A stretch of 64,000 nucleotides of DNA from Parcubacteria group bacterium M10-OD1-1 (lineage in GTDB: Bacteria > Patescibacteriota > Minisyncoccia > Moranbacterales > UBA2206): NCBI GenBank assembly GCA_003056145.1, contig LSNL01000001.1:9351-73350 (forward strand), in the 5' to 3' direction. This document shows, piece by piece, positions 9,916-18,306 of this stretch (within the stretch, counting starts at the first letter, position 1; each line of letters opens with the position of its first letter). The notes under the pieces were generated by a model. The model saw only the letters and a program-made list of their open reading frames with translations, was not told where the DNA came from and did not search any database. The position numbers and the translations under genes are program-made.

Positions 9916-11032
9916 GCTCAATATTTTTAGTAGCTAAATAAGTGAAATAAGTCATAGCCAACGCTATTAAAATAAAAATTAAATGGATATTCCAAACTAA
10001 CATTAAAGCCATTCCATACAAACTTACCCTGCCAATTGCCACTGGAAATTCCCGAAATAAAATAAACTCAGCCCCACCTTCTATCTTAGCCTTCTTGTAA
10101 ACTACACTATTCAAAGGAATCAAAATCAACGCTTCTACAAAACCAACCATCAAAGTTGTACTATAAAAAATAATTGGATTCAAAGAAAAAAATCTCACTA
10201 ACCAAACAACTATTAAGATAATCGCCCCACCCATCATCATCTTTCGCTGACTAACTTTGTCAGCATATTTACCAACCAACAAAATAAAAATTACTGATCC
10301 AATTGTTCCTAATGTCCCAATATAACCAATTGATAAAATACTACCAAAACTTAAAAAAACAAAGATTGGATAAATAACCCCTTCCGCTTCCTCCCTTAAA
10401 TTTTCAACCACCTCAGCTAAAAAATATTTTCGATAACTAAAAAATAACTCCCAAAACTTTTTTAGATTAAAGCTATCTTGATAAGGAAATTCTGGTAAAA
10501 ATAAAAGTGGTACAAGAGAAAATAAATATAAAATTGTAGCCAAAATAAATAACGCCTTAAAATTTAAAAGGATAATTATAAAACCAGCTATTACAGGAGA
10601 AAATATTTTCAAAATCTTAGGAAACGCAAAGAATTTTCCTAGTTCATTCCCCATTTTATTTTTAGTAGAGATATTAGTAATCCAAATATGCAGAGGAAAC
10701 CAGAAAAAAGAGGCTTGAATTGAATTAACTAAAGCAATGACCCAGATAGGAATAGAATATTTAGTAATATTATAAACTAAAAAATAATACAAAAAAAGAA
10801 ATGGATAACTTAAGATAGCCGTGTTCCTTAGTCCAATCAATTTAACTAATTTATTAGCTAAAAAAAAGAAAACTAAAGTTCCCAGACTATAAATTAAATA
10901 AAATAAAATAACATTAGCTAAACTTATCCCTCTACTTAAAAAATAAATAGGGATAAAAATTGTAATGAAAGAACCAGCAAACGCATAAGTGGATTTCATT
11001 AAATAAATATTTTTTAATGACTTTTTCTTCAT
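9902..11032 (-). CDS. MFS-type transporter (about 12 TMS), substrate unknown
   Basis: The protein is hydrophobic throughout with 10-12 predicted helices. Its stop is convergent with tsaC and overlaps it by 14 nt. Confidence 0.5.
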   Translation of the reverse strand: MKKKSLKNIYLMKSTYAFAGSFITIFIPIYFLSRGISLANVILFYLIYSLGTLVFFFLANKLVKLIGLRNTAILSYPFLFLYYFLVYNITKYSIPIWVIALVNSIQASFFWFPLHIWITNISTKNKMGNELGKFFAFPKILKIFSPVIAGFIIILLNFKALFILATILYLFSLVPLLFLPEFPYQDSFNLKKFWELFFSYRKYFLAEVVENLREEAEGVIYPIFVFLSFGSILSIGYIGTLGTIGSVIFILLVGKYADKVSQRKMMMGGAIILIVVWLVRFFSLNPIIFYSTTLMVGFVEALILIPLNSVVYKKAKIEGGAEFILFREFPVAIGRVSLYGMALMLVWNIHLIFILIALAMTYFTYLATKNIELKKE

Positions 11033-11596
11033 ATTTTTAATTACACTACTTTGATACTTATTGTTTCTCCTGTTATCTTAGCCTAAACTATTTCGAAAAA
11101 AGATAAAGTGATGAGATATTTATTTCTTAACTTCTCTGCATAATCAAAAAAGGTTTTAAATTCTTCACTCATATTTTTGTTTATTTAAACTATAATCTAA
11201 TTGATATTTTTAGAATAGCATGATACTAGATGGCAAAACAACTCAATCTAATCGAGAAACTAGAAAAATTTTTTAAAGTTTCATCTATAGTAACAGGACA
11301 CTGCATTATCCAGATTCAAATTTAGAAACATAAAACTGAGTTTTTTAAGAAATTTTACAACTTTTATTTAAAAATTATTAAAAAGTACTTCAAAATATTT
11401 ATAGACTATTTTAACTAAAAAGTCGATACAAAAATCACTTTTACCTTACCCTTGATTATCAAAAAATAGGGTTATTGCTTTATAGAGTTTGTTTCAAAAT
11501 TGTGCAATTTAATCATGCAAAAAAAGATAAACTTTACAAATTTTGTTCTTTGTATTTCTAGGTAGTAACGGAATTGTTAAAATTGAATATAAAAAT

Positions 11597-11627
11597 CCCG
11601 CAGAATGTGAATTACACATTCTGCGGG
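11597..11627 (-). terminator. Rho-independent terminator (perfect 13-bp stem CCCGCAGAATGTG / CACATTCTGCGGG, then a T-run on the - strand)
   Basis: The hairpin lies directly downstream of the stop of the 11656-11979 gene. Confidence 0.6.
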
Positions 11628-11655
11628 ATTGAACATTACCTGCGCCTGTAGTGTT

Positions 11656-11979
11656 TTACGGCAGGCCCATCATCGGATCATGCCACACGTTTATTTGTCC
11701 TCCTTTAGGAAGGGCTTTGCGGATTAACTCCGCGAGCTCTTCTTGCGAATAATCTAACGACCATCGGGCAAAAGCCGGGACAGACTCATGCCTCTTTTTT
11801 ACCTTAAGAGGTTGGCTCTCTCCCAATCTCATATATGAAATTGGGCGAGAGAAAGACAAACTAAGCAATTTATCAGAAGCCTCCTTTGGGCTTCTGGCAC
11901 TTAGTTTCTTTTCAAAAATTATCCACTCAACTGGGGTGCTTCTCGACCAGTACCCCTGCGAATATTCTATCTTGTACAT
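11656..11979 (-). CDS. Hypothetical small protein (107 aa) with anomalously high GC (~47%)
   Basis: I chose the internal ATG as the start because it follows a strong SD (AAGGAGGTCGAAATG). A consensus promoter lies upstream and a hairpin terminator lies downstream. The protein begins MYKIEYSQGYWSRSTPVEW and I found no recognisable family. Confidence 0.5.
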   Translation of the reverse strand: MYKIEYSQGYWSRSTPVEWIIFEKKLSARSPKEASDKLLSLSFSRPISYMRLGESQPLKVKKRHESVPAFARWSLDYSQEELAELIRKALPKGGQINVWHDPMMGLP

Positions 11980-12025
11980 TTCGACCTCCTTTTTTTGTTT
12001 TGAATAATTTGTAGCTTCCACTGTT

Positions 12026-12055
12026 GAATATACACTACAATTGAGTAGATGTCAA
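12026..12055 (-). promoter_or_regulatory. Near-consensus sigma-70 promoter (TTGACA, 17-nt spacer, TATATT) for the GC-rich small gene
   Basis: The reverse complement reads ttgaca-tctactcaattgtagtg-tatatt and lies about 40 nt upstream of the SD and ATG. Coordinates are approximate to within 1-2 nt. Confidence 0.4.
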
Positions 12056-12061
12056 TAGGTA

Positions 12062-12090
12062 TTGACATATATGTGATAACCGTATAATAT
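12062..12090 (+). promoter_or_regulatory. Consensus sigma-70 promoter (TTGACA, then TATAAT/TAATAT) for the TrmB-like regulator
   Basis: The -35 TTGACA lies at 12062-12067 and the -10 TATAAT at 12083-12088 (TAATAT with a 17-nt spacer is the alternative). This promoter is back-to-back with the divergent one. Confidence 0.4.
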
Positions 12091-12120
12091 AAGTATACAC
12101 TTATATAAAATATTAGCTAT

Positions 12121-12912
12121 TTGTCATTGATATTACTTATGAAAAAAAAAGATAAAATTTATAATTCATTATACGCACCATTAAAAGAATTGGGTTTGTC
12201 TGAGATGGAAATAGATGTCTATATTATTTCTCTAAAATTGGGGCCCTCTCAAATTTCAACCATTGCCGAACATTTAGGTATTGCTAGACCCAACATTTAT
12301 AAAATAATAAAAGGTTTAGAAAATAAAGGGTTATCTAAATTTACAACTAAAACAAAATATCAGCGAAATTTTGTAGTTGAGTCGCCAACCGTGATATTAG
12401 AAAAATTTAGAAAAAAGGAAGAAAAATTTATACAAAAAGAAAAAGAATTAGTTGGTGAGATGCCCTACTTGATTGCAAATTATCAGCAAGGGAGTTTGCC
12501 TACCAAAATAAAAATATATCAAGGAAAAGAAGATTTCAGAAAGATATTTTTTAGTATCTTGAAAGAAGCCGATGATGTAATTTGGTTCTGTGGTTCAGCA
12601 AAGGATTTTATCGGTTTTATTTCTTGGTCTGATGAACGAAAATGGATTAGAGAGAGAATGAAAAAGAACTTATTTATAAAGGCGTTACTTTTGCCTAGCG
12701 TAGAGGCAGAGATATTGAAAAAAACAGACAGTAAGCAGTTGAGAAAAACTAAAATTATGAAAAAAGTTAATCCTTTTCTAACATCATTTCAGCTGTTTGC
12801 TAATAAAGTTATTTTTTGGCAACCGATAGCTCCACTAGTTTTGGTAATTGAAGATCAGTATCTTGTTGAAATGATGAAAAGTATTGTTAAAAAATTGTGG
12901 GAAGAGACTTAA
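12121..12912 (+). CDS. TrmB-family winged-HTH transcriptional regulator
   Basis: The N-terminal region (LGLSEMEIDVYIISLKLGPSQISTIAEHLGIARPNIYKIIKGLENKGL) matches the TrmB wHTH pattern. The true start may be the MKKKDK Met at 12139. Confidence 0.55.
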   Translation: MSLILLMKKKDKIYNSLYAPLKELGLSEMEIDVYIISLKLGPSQISTIAEHLGIARPNIYKIIKGLENKGLSKFTTKTKYQRNFVVESPTVILEKFRKKEEKFIQKEKELVGEMPYLIANYQQGSLPTKIKIYQGKEDFRKIFFSILKEADDVIWFCGSAKDFIGFISWSDERKWIRERMKKNLFIKALLLPSVEAEILKKTDSKQLRKTKIMKKVNPFLTSFQLFANKVIFWQPIAPLVLVIEDQYLVEMMKSIVKKLWEET

Positions 12913-13049
12913 TAAAGCAATTACAAAAAGCATGCATTTTTAAGATAAGGTTTTTGTCGTTGCCTTTGTTTTGATTTAAAAAGAAACCAATTAGCTAGAA
13001 AAAAATATGAGTATTCGCCGTTACTTATCGATAAAACACTATTTTTATA

Positions 13050-13556
13050 CTATTCTTGTTTACTTGAATATCTTTCTCTCCACTCGTTAAGAATTTTTGC
13101 TAAATCTTTCGCCGATTTTTTATACGTATTAGGCAAGCCTCCTTCAAAACCCGAAATACTTTTTGCCATTTTTTTACTCATATCAAGCGTGACATTCTCT
13201 GAATCAGAGTTTTTACGATAGTTAAAAACTACTTTTTTTGCACCACCCAACAAGAAAAATCCGATATATTTAGTTCCAAAACTCTCCACATCACTCCATT
13301 TTGTAAAAGTACTTCGAGACATTACACATACTTCAAACCCTTTTTCAGATAAACGGAGATAAGAACGTTTGTGTGAAAAATTTATAACCGCCACAAAAGA
13401 ACTAAAACCAAAGAATATTAAAATCAGCCAACCGGTAAGGTCTCCCGTACTCGCCAACCAGATACCTCCTACAGTAAAGAACAGCGATATACTTAAAATT
13501 ACAAACGACTTTAATTTGCTTGGATACAGCACTAGAGACTTTTGATTTTTATTCAT
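13050..13556 (-). CDS. Hypothetical membrane protein (2 TM helices plus a cytoplasmic, PH-like domain)
   Basis: Two N-terminal hydrophobic helices are followed by a soluble C-terminal region. I see no recognisable catalytic motifs. Confidence 0.45.
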   Translation of the reverse strand: MNKNQKSLVLYPSKLKSFVILSISLFFTVGGIWLASTGDLTGWLILIFFGFSSFVAVINFSHKRSYLRLSEKGFEVCVMSRSTFTKWSDVESFGTKYIGFFLLGGAKKVVFNYRKNSDSENVTLDMSKKMAKSISGFEGGLPNTYKKSAKDLAKILNEWRERYSSKQE

Positions 13557-13831
13557 AAAATTTATATCTAATTAATTATTATCTTATGTTTTTCATATCA
13601 TACTTTAAGCATCTACTGAAAGAATATTAGAAATGCAACGCTCTTTGCACTTTTTATTGTCCGTCCAAAACTAACAAAAACCCTTCTGTCGCACCATTAG
13701 ATTTTATTAGAAATTCCAAAATGGACTATAGAGATATAATAGCATATTTTATTTCTACTCGTCGCCATTTCTCCATTTCTTCGCGAACTTGGCGCTACGC
13801 TCGTGGTAACTTAGAAAATGTGTCGAAAAAT

Positions 13832-15847
13832 CTATGGAATCAACTTTTTATATGTTCTTGGGAAAGGCACTGCATCTTGAACCATGTCCATATCTAGTAT
13901 TTTCGCAATCAATCGATCAATACCTATACAAAAACCACCGTGTGGAACAGCTCCATCTACTATAGAAATATAAAACTCATAATCACGAGCATTTATTCCC
14001 GAAAGTTGCATCGACTTTCTTATTTTATCACCATCGGTTTGTCGTATTGCACCACTTACAAGTTCCCACCCACCAACAATCACATCAAAAGTCTCTGTCA
14101 GCCCTTTAGATTTATTTTTAGTATAAAATTTTTTAATAGTATCGGGGTAATCTTTTACGACAAAAATATCGTTACCATATTGTTTTTTTACTAGCTGTCC
14201 AAGATTTGATTCGCTCACAAGCCCAAGATCATCACCAAGAGTCACTGGACTACCATTTTTTCGCAACATATCGACTGCCTCGTGATATGTTAATATCGGT
14301 ATGTTGTCTACTTCAGGAATAACTAAATAGCGTTGTAAATCAAAAGTTTCTACAATTTTGTCATTAGATTTTTTTATTATTGAGCAGGCTAGGAAATAAA
14401 GCTCTTTTAGATTTTTTGGATTATTGAATTCAATATCAAGCCCGATAGATTCTTGTAAATGCCTATATGACTCACTTTCTTCTTTTCTCCAAAATGGACC
14501 TATCTCATAAACTTTATCCATCCCTGAGGCTACGAGTATTTGTTTATATATTTGGTTAGATTGACGCAAAAAAGCAGTGGTTCCATTAATCCAGTCCACA
14601 TTGATTGTTCCTCCCTTGTCGATCTTAGGTGGATCGGTTGAAATTCCCACAATATGAGGAGTTGTGACTTCTATAAAATTTTCATTATGTAAATATTCTC
14701 TTATGCTATTTATCAACTCTCCTCTTTGTTTTATTAAATTAATTTTCTTTTCATCAAGTTTTAAAGTGTGATTCTTTTGTTTGTAAATATACTTTTTCCC
14801 AATATTTTTATTTATCGTATTTATAACAGTATTTAATTTGCTCTGTATGACAACTCGCACTTTACTAATCTCTTTTTTACGAAGTTGAGTGTTTTGTTCG
14901 GCTATTTTTGATAATTCACTAATATCAACTATAGCATTTAGTTTTTCATTCAAAATCGGAGGTGAAACAAGATCTACAAAATAGATTTTTGAAGTGTCTG
15001 GTATTGTCTTTATTAATCTCTCGACAATTTTTTTAGTATTCTCATTATTATCTAGCGCCACCACAACAGAGCTAATATTATTGGAAATTATAAGTTTATC
15101 AAGAGATAAATAATGCACAGATATTTCATCGAGATTCTCCTTTTTAATATCAATAGGAGTACGATTTAAAATATATACGGGCAAAAATAGTTCACGATTT
15201 AATATTTTAGCAATAAGTTTTCCGGATTTTCCGTAACCAACCAAAAGAACACTCTGCTTTTCCTGGGTATTTTGCGCAATAAGCTCGCATGCAATTCTTT
15301 CAAGTGATATATTCCCATTAAAAAGACTTGTTCTTAATTTGCAATCCGCAACAATCTCAGTTAGCCATTTTGCAATAGTCTTAAGAACTTCAATGCCACC
15401 ATGGATTCCTGAAAGCAACCCATTATTTATCTGCTTTGAAACTTGTGAGTCCCCAATTGTGACACTATGTAGCCCAACAACACACTCTGCTAAAAATTTA
15501 AGAGCGTCAATATTATGGGACATCTTAATATCTCTTGTCATATCTAAAATTCCCTCTTTGGAGTTTTTATCCCATGTCGCCAACAATCTGTCATGGATAT
15601 AATCAAATGACAAATCATTCATATACGAAGCAACCACTATAACCGCATTGCATTTTTTTATTATCGCTAAAGATTCAATTTCAATACCTAAATCTTTCTT
15701 AAATTTTTCTAAAGCATCCAAGTCACTCTCAAGATTTGCTGAATTCAAATTAGACAACGCCCTGTTATCAAGTCTTTGATAGTTAAGTGTCGCACAGATT
15801 ATTTTAGTATGTAGTTGCATATTTTTATTTATTATTTCTATATACAT
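13832..15847 (-). CDS. Fusion protein with an N-terminal glutamyl-tRNA reductase (HemA)-like domain (putative Cys-Asn, NAD(P) Rossmann) and a C-terminal class IIb aaRS (AspRS/AsnRS-type) catalytic core without an anticodon-binding domain
   Basis: The N-terminal half carries KKCNAVIVVA, GLHSVTIGDSQVSKQIN, VLLVGYGKSGKLIAKIL and FVDLVSPPILNEKLNAIVDISEL. The C-terminal half carries motif 1 FIEVTTPHI, LRQSNQIYKQIL, motif 2 FWRKEESESYRHLQESIGLDIEF, and motif 3 GGFCIGIDRL. The start could instead be the internal Met at 15820. Confidence 0.7.
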   Translation of the reverse strand: MYIEIINKNMQLHTKIICATLNYQRLDNRALSNLNSANLESDLDALEKFKKDLGIEIESLAIIKKCNAVIVVASYMNDLSFDYIHDRLLATWDKNSKEGILDMTRDIKMSHNIDALKFLAECVVGLHSVTIGDSQVSKQINNGLLSGIHGGIEVLKTIAKWLTEIVADCKLRTSLFNGNISLERIACELIAQNTQEKQSVLLVGYGKSGKLIAKILNRELFLPVYILNRTPIDIKKENLDEISVHYLSLDKLIISNNISSVVVALDNNENTKKIVERLIKTIPDTSKIYFVDLVSPPILNEKLNAIVDISELSKIAEQNTQLRKKEISKVRVVIQSKLNTVINTINKNIGKKYIYKQKNHTLKLDEKKINLIKQRGELINSIREYLHNENFIEVTTPHIVGISTDPPKIDKGGTINVDWINGTTAFLRQSNQIYKQILVASGMDKVYEIGPFWRKEESESYRHLQESIGLDIEFNNPKNLKELYFLACSIIKKSNDKIVETFDLQRYLVIPEVDNIPILTYHEAVDMLRKNGSPVTLGDDLGLVSESNLGQLVKKQYGNDIFVVKDYPDTIKKFYTKNKSKGLTETFDVIVGGWELVSGAIRQTDGDKIRKSMQLSGINARDYEFYISIVDGAVPHGGFCIGIDRLIAKILDMDMVQDAVPFPRTYKKLIP

Positions 15848-16580
15848 TCTCTACCGTTGCCTGATGTAATGGCGTTACGGTAATTTCATTTATTTGTACA
15901 TGCTCTGGTGATTCTATGGAAAACTTTATAATTGTAGCGATGTCCTCGGCTGAAAGAGGTTTAATGCCAAAATATGCTTCTTTTGCCTTTTCTTTATCCC
16001 CATCAAAACGCGTAATGCTAAAATTTGTTTCAACTAATCCTGGTTGAATATTCGTTATTCTAATTTTATGCTCAATTACATCTTTGCGAAGACCGTCTGA
16101 AATAGATTTTACTGCAGCTTTAGTTGCAGAATAGACTATACCTTTTGCATAAGTGTTAATACCTGCTATTGAACCCATATTAACAATATGTCCATTATTT
16201 TTATCTTTCATATATTTCAAAGCAAACTTTGTAACATAAAGTAGACCTGCAATATTAGTATTTAACATTGTGTCCCAATCTGAAATAAGGCTTCCTTCAA
16301 AACTATCTAGTCCAAGAGCGAGACCTGCGGAATTAATTAGAACCTCTGGATATATTTTTTTCTCGTCAAGCATACCAAACATTTTTTTCACTTGTTCGTT
16401 GTCTGTAACGTCAACTCCAACTACCATTACTTCTTCATCGGAAACTCCAAGATCTTTTTTTACATCGTGTAACTTGTCTAAATTTCTAGAACAAAGCACT
16501 AATCTATTGCCAGCTTGTAGCTTGTAAGCACATGCTAAACCTATCCCACTACTCGCACCTGTTATAAGTATTGTTTTCAT
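15825..16580 (-). CDS. NADP-dependent short-chain dehydrogenase, YdfG-like (3-hydroxy acid / serine dehydrogenase, malonic semialdehyde reductase family)
   Basis: It has TGASSGIG, NSAGLALG and the catalytic YSATKAA, and shows block-by-block similarity to E. coli YdfG. Its start ATG overlaps the aspS stop (ATGA). Confidence 0.85.
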   Translation of the reverse strand: MKTILITGASSGIGLACAYKLQAGNRLVLCSRNLDKLHDVKKDLGVSDEEVMVVGVDVTDNEQVKKMFGMLDEKKIYPEVLINSAGLALGLDSFEGSLISDWDTMLNTNIAGLLYVTKFALKYMKDKNNGHIVNMGSIAGINTYAKGIVYSATKAAVKSISDGLRKDVIEHKIRITNIQPGLVETNFSITRFDGDKEKAKEAYFGIKPLSAEDIATIIKFSIESPEHVQINEITVTPLHQATVENVYRNNK

Positions 16581-17998
16581 GTATTAATTTTTGTTATTTT
16601 AACTCCCAATTCTTTCTTCTGCTTATCTGAAATTTGTGCAGGTGCTCCAAGTATTAAATCTTTTCCATCTCCTGTTTTAGCGAAAGGTATCACTTCTCTA
16701 ATACTTAATTCATTTTCAAGAATCATGATAAGACGATCAAAACCCCATGCAATACCTCCATGTGGTGGAGCACCATACGAAAAAGCCTCAAGTATATGAC
16801 CAAAATTCTTTTCAATTTTATCATCTGTATACCCCATAATTTCAAAGGTTTTTTTTAAAGCTTCTGATTTGTGATTTCGTATGCTACCACCACCAATTTC
16901 AAAACCATTGAGTATAATATCATATTGTGTTGTTAAAATATTGCCTATGTTTTCTTTATTCATAAACATTTTTAGGTGTTCATCTTTTGGTTTCGAAAAA
17001 GGATTATGCGTAAATGTCCACTCTCCCGTCCCATCTACATTTTCATCTTCTGTTTTTTCAAACATAGGAAAATCTACTACCCACAAAAACGCCAGAAGAT
17101 TTGGGTTATTCTTATCTTCACGAATGTCTGGTCTATCATTGCCGTATTTTTCCATTGCTCCTGCATAAGTTATTCTCGGAAATGGTATCTGTTGAATTTG
17201 TTTTTCTGGATACTGTTTCTTGATAAGCTCAATTAATAACTGTTCGTTGATTTGCATAATATCCTCTTCATCGACAAAAGCGAGTTCCATATCTAGCTGA
17301 GTAAATTCAGCTTGTCTATCGCCACGAGCATCTTCATCACGCATACATCGTGCGAACTGAAAATATTTTTCAAAACCAGCAGTCATTAAGAGTTGCTTGT
17401 ATTGTTGTGGTGATTGAGGAAGTGCATAGAAATCTCCTTTCCATATTCTATGAGGAACAATAAATGAGCGAGACCCTTCTGGAGTTGGCACTGAAAGTAT
17501 AGGAGTTTCAATTTCAATGAAATTTTGCTCACTTAAATAATTACGCACAAAATTTTGTACCTTAAATCTATTTTTAATATTTTTCTGCATACGAGATGTC
17601 CGCAAATCAAGATAACGATACTTAAGTCGTGTACTTTCATTCACCTCCCTAGTGTCACCATCGATAGGAAACGGCAAAACTTCAGCAAAATTAAGCACAA
17701 TGATTTTTAAAATCTCAAGTTCAATATCACCATTTTGCGTGTTTGGTTTTTTGTTCCTTTCGGGGCGTTCATTTACTTTTCCAGTTACCTCAACTACGCA
17801 CTCTTCACGAATATTCTTCCCAACATCCATTGCTCCACTTTTTGGTAAAATAACCCCTTGTACCACTCCCGTTGTATCTCGGAAATCAAGAAAAACCATC
17901 TTTCCTTGATCGCGTCTAACCTTAACCCACCCTTTAATTACAACTTGCTTACCTATTTTAGATGAAAGTTTATTTATGTATATTCTATTTATTTTCAT
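16577..17998 (-). CDS. aspS: Aspartyl-tRNA synthetase, bacterial-type sequence but compact (GAD insertion domain absent)
   Basis: It has an OB anticodon-binding N-terminus, LPQSPQQYKQLLM, motif 2 CMRDEDARGDRQAEFTQLDMELAF, and motif 3 PPHGGIAWGFDRL. It is 473 aa, against ~590 aa for GAD-containing AspRS. Confidence 0.9.
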   Translation of the reverse strand: MKINRIYINKLSSKIGKQVVIKGWVKVRRDQGKMVFLDFRDTTGVVQGVILPKSGAMDVGKNIREECVVEVTGKVNERPERNKKPNTQNGDIELEILKIIVLNFAEVLPFPIDGDTREVNESTRLKYRYLDLRTSRMQKNIKNRFKVQNFVRNYLSEQNFIEIETPILSVPTPEGSRSFIVPHRIWKGDFYALPQSPQQYKQLLMTAGFEKYFQFARCMRDEDARGDRQAEFTQLDMELAFVDEEDIMQINEQLLIELIKKQYPEKQIQQIPFPRITYAGAMEKYGNDRPDIREDKNNPNLLAFLWVVDFPMFEKTEDENVDGTGEWTFTHNPFSKPKDEHLKMFMNKENIGNILTTQYDIILNGFEIGGGSIRNHKSEALKKTFEIMGYTDDKIEKNFGHILEAFSYGAPPHGGIAWGFDRLIMILENELSIREVIPFAKTGDGKDLILGAPAQISDKQKKELGVKITKINT

Positions 17999-18112
17999 AA
18001 AGATTATTTCAAAAGTTTATCCGTGTTGTTTCTATGTGATTACAATTTCCACATTGTTTATTTTATTAAAAGTTTCAATGTTTATTCAAAGCACTTAGTG
18101 CTAGCACAATGT

Positions 18113-18202
18113 TGGCGGAGAGTGAGGGATTCGAACCCTCGAAGCCGGTTAAAACTTGCCACCTTTCCAAGGTGGTGCACTAGACCACTATGCGAACTCT
18201 CC
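18113..18202 (-). tRNA. tRNA-Ser (anticodon GGA), 90 nt with a long variable arm and encoded CCA
   Basis: The manual fold gives a 7-bp acceptor stem (GGAGAGT/ACTCTCC), a D-arm, an anticodon stem CCACC/GGTGG with loop TTGGAAA, a 17-nt variable arm, T-loop TTCGAAT, discriminator G, and CCA. Confidence 0.85.
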
Positions 18203-18224
18203 TATATGAACATACAATATTATT

Positions 18225-18252
18225 AAAAGTGACCTTATATAAGGTCACTTTT
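18225..18252. terminator. Perfect hairpin AAAAGTGACC-TTATATAA-GGTCACTTTT (bidirectional terminator-like)
   Basis: It lies between the ppsA stop and the tRNA-Ser 5' end. Confidence 0.55.
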
Positions 18253-18306
18253 AATAATATCAATAAATCCTAATAATTTCAACTTTTTTAGCTTTTAATC
18301 TTTTTT

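Noticed and set aside
11640-12000. GC-rich patch considered as a structured RNA (RNase P RNA or tmRNA) on the - strand
   Set aside because: I could not find the RNase P P4/CR motifs (GGAAAGUCCGGGC, ACAGAAACCCGGCUUA) or a tmRNA tRNA-like 3' end. A strong SD with ATG and an uninterrupted 107-codon frame favour a protein gene.
11040-18112. Possible genomic island inserted at the 3' end of tRNA-Ser
   Set aside because: I found no direct repeat of the tRNA 3' end at a distal border and no integrase or recombinase. The segment contains the only aspS in the window. Apart from the 330-bp orphan gene the GC content is not distinct from flanking DNA.
18023-18226. A 67-aa ORF on the + strand
   Set aside because: It overlaps the tRNA-Ser(GGA) gene on the opposite strand almost entirely. 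The tRNA fold is unambiguous.
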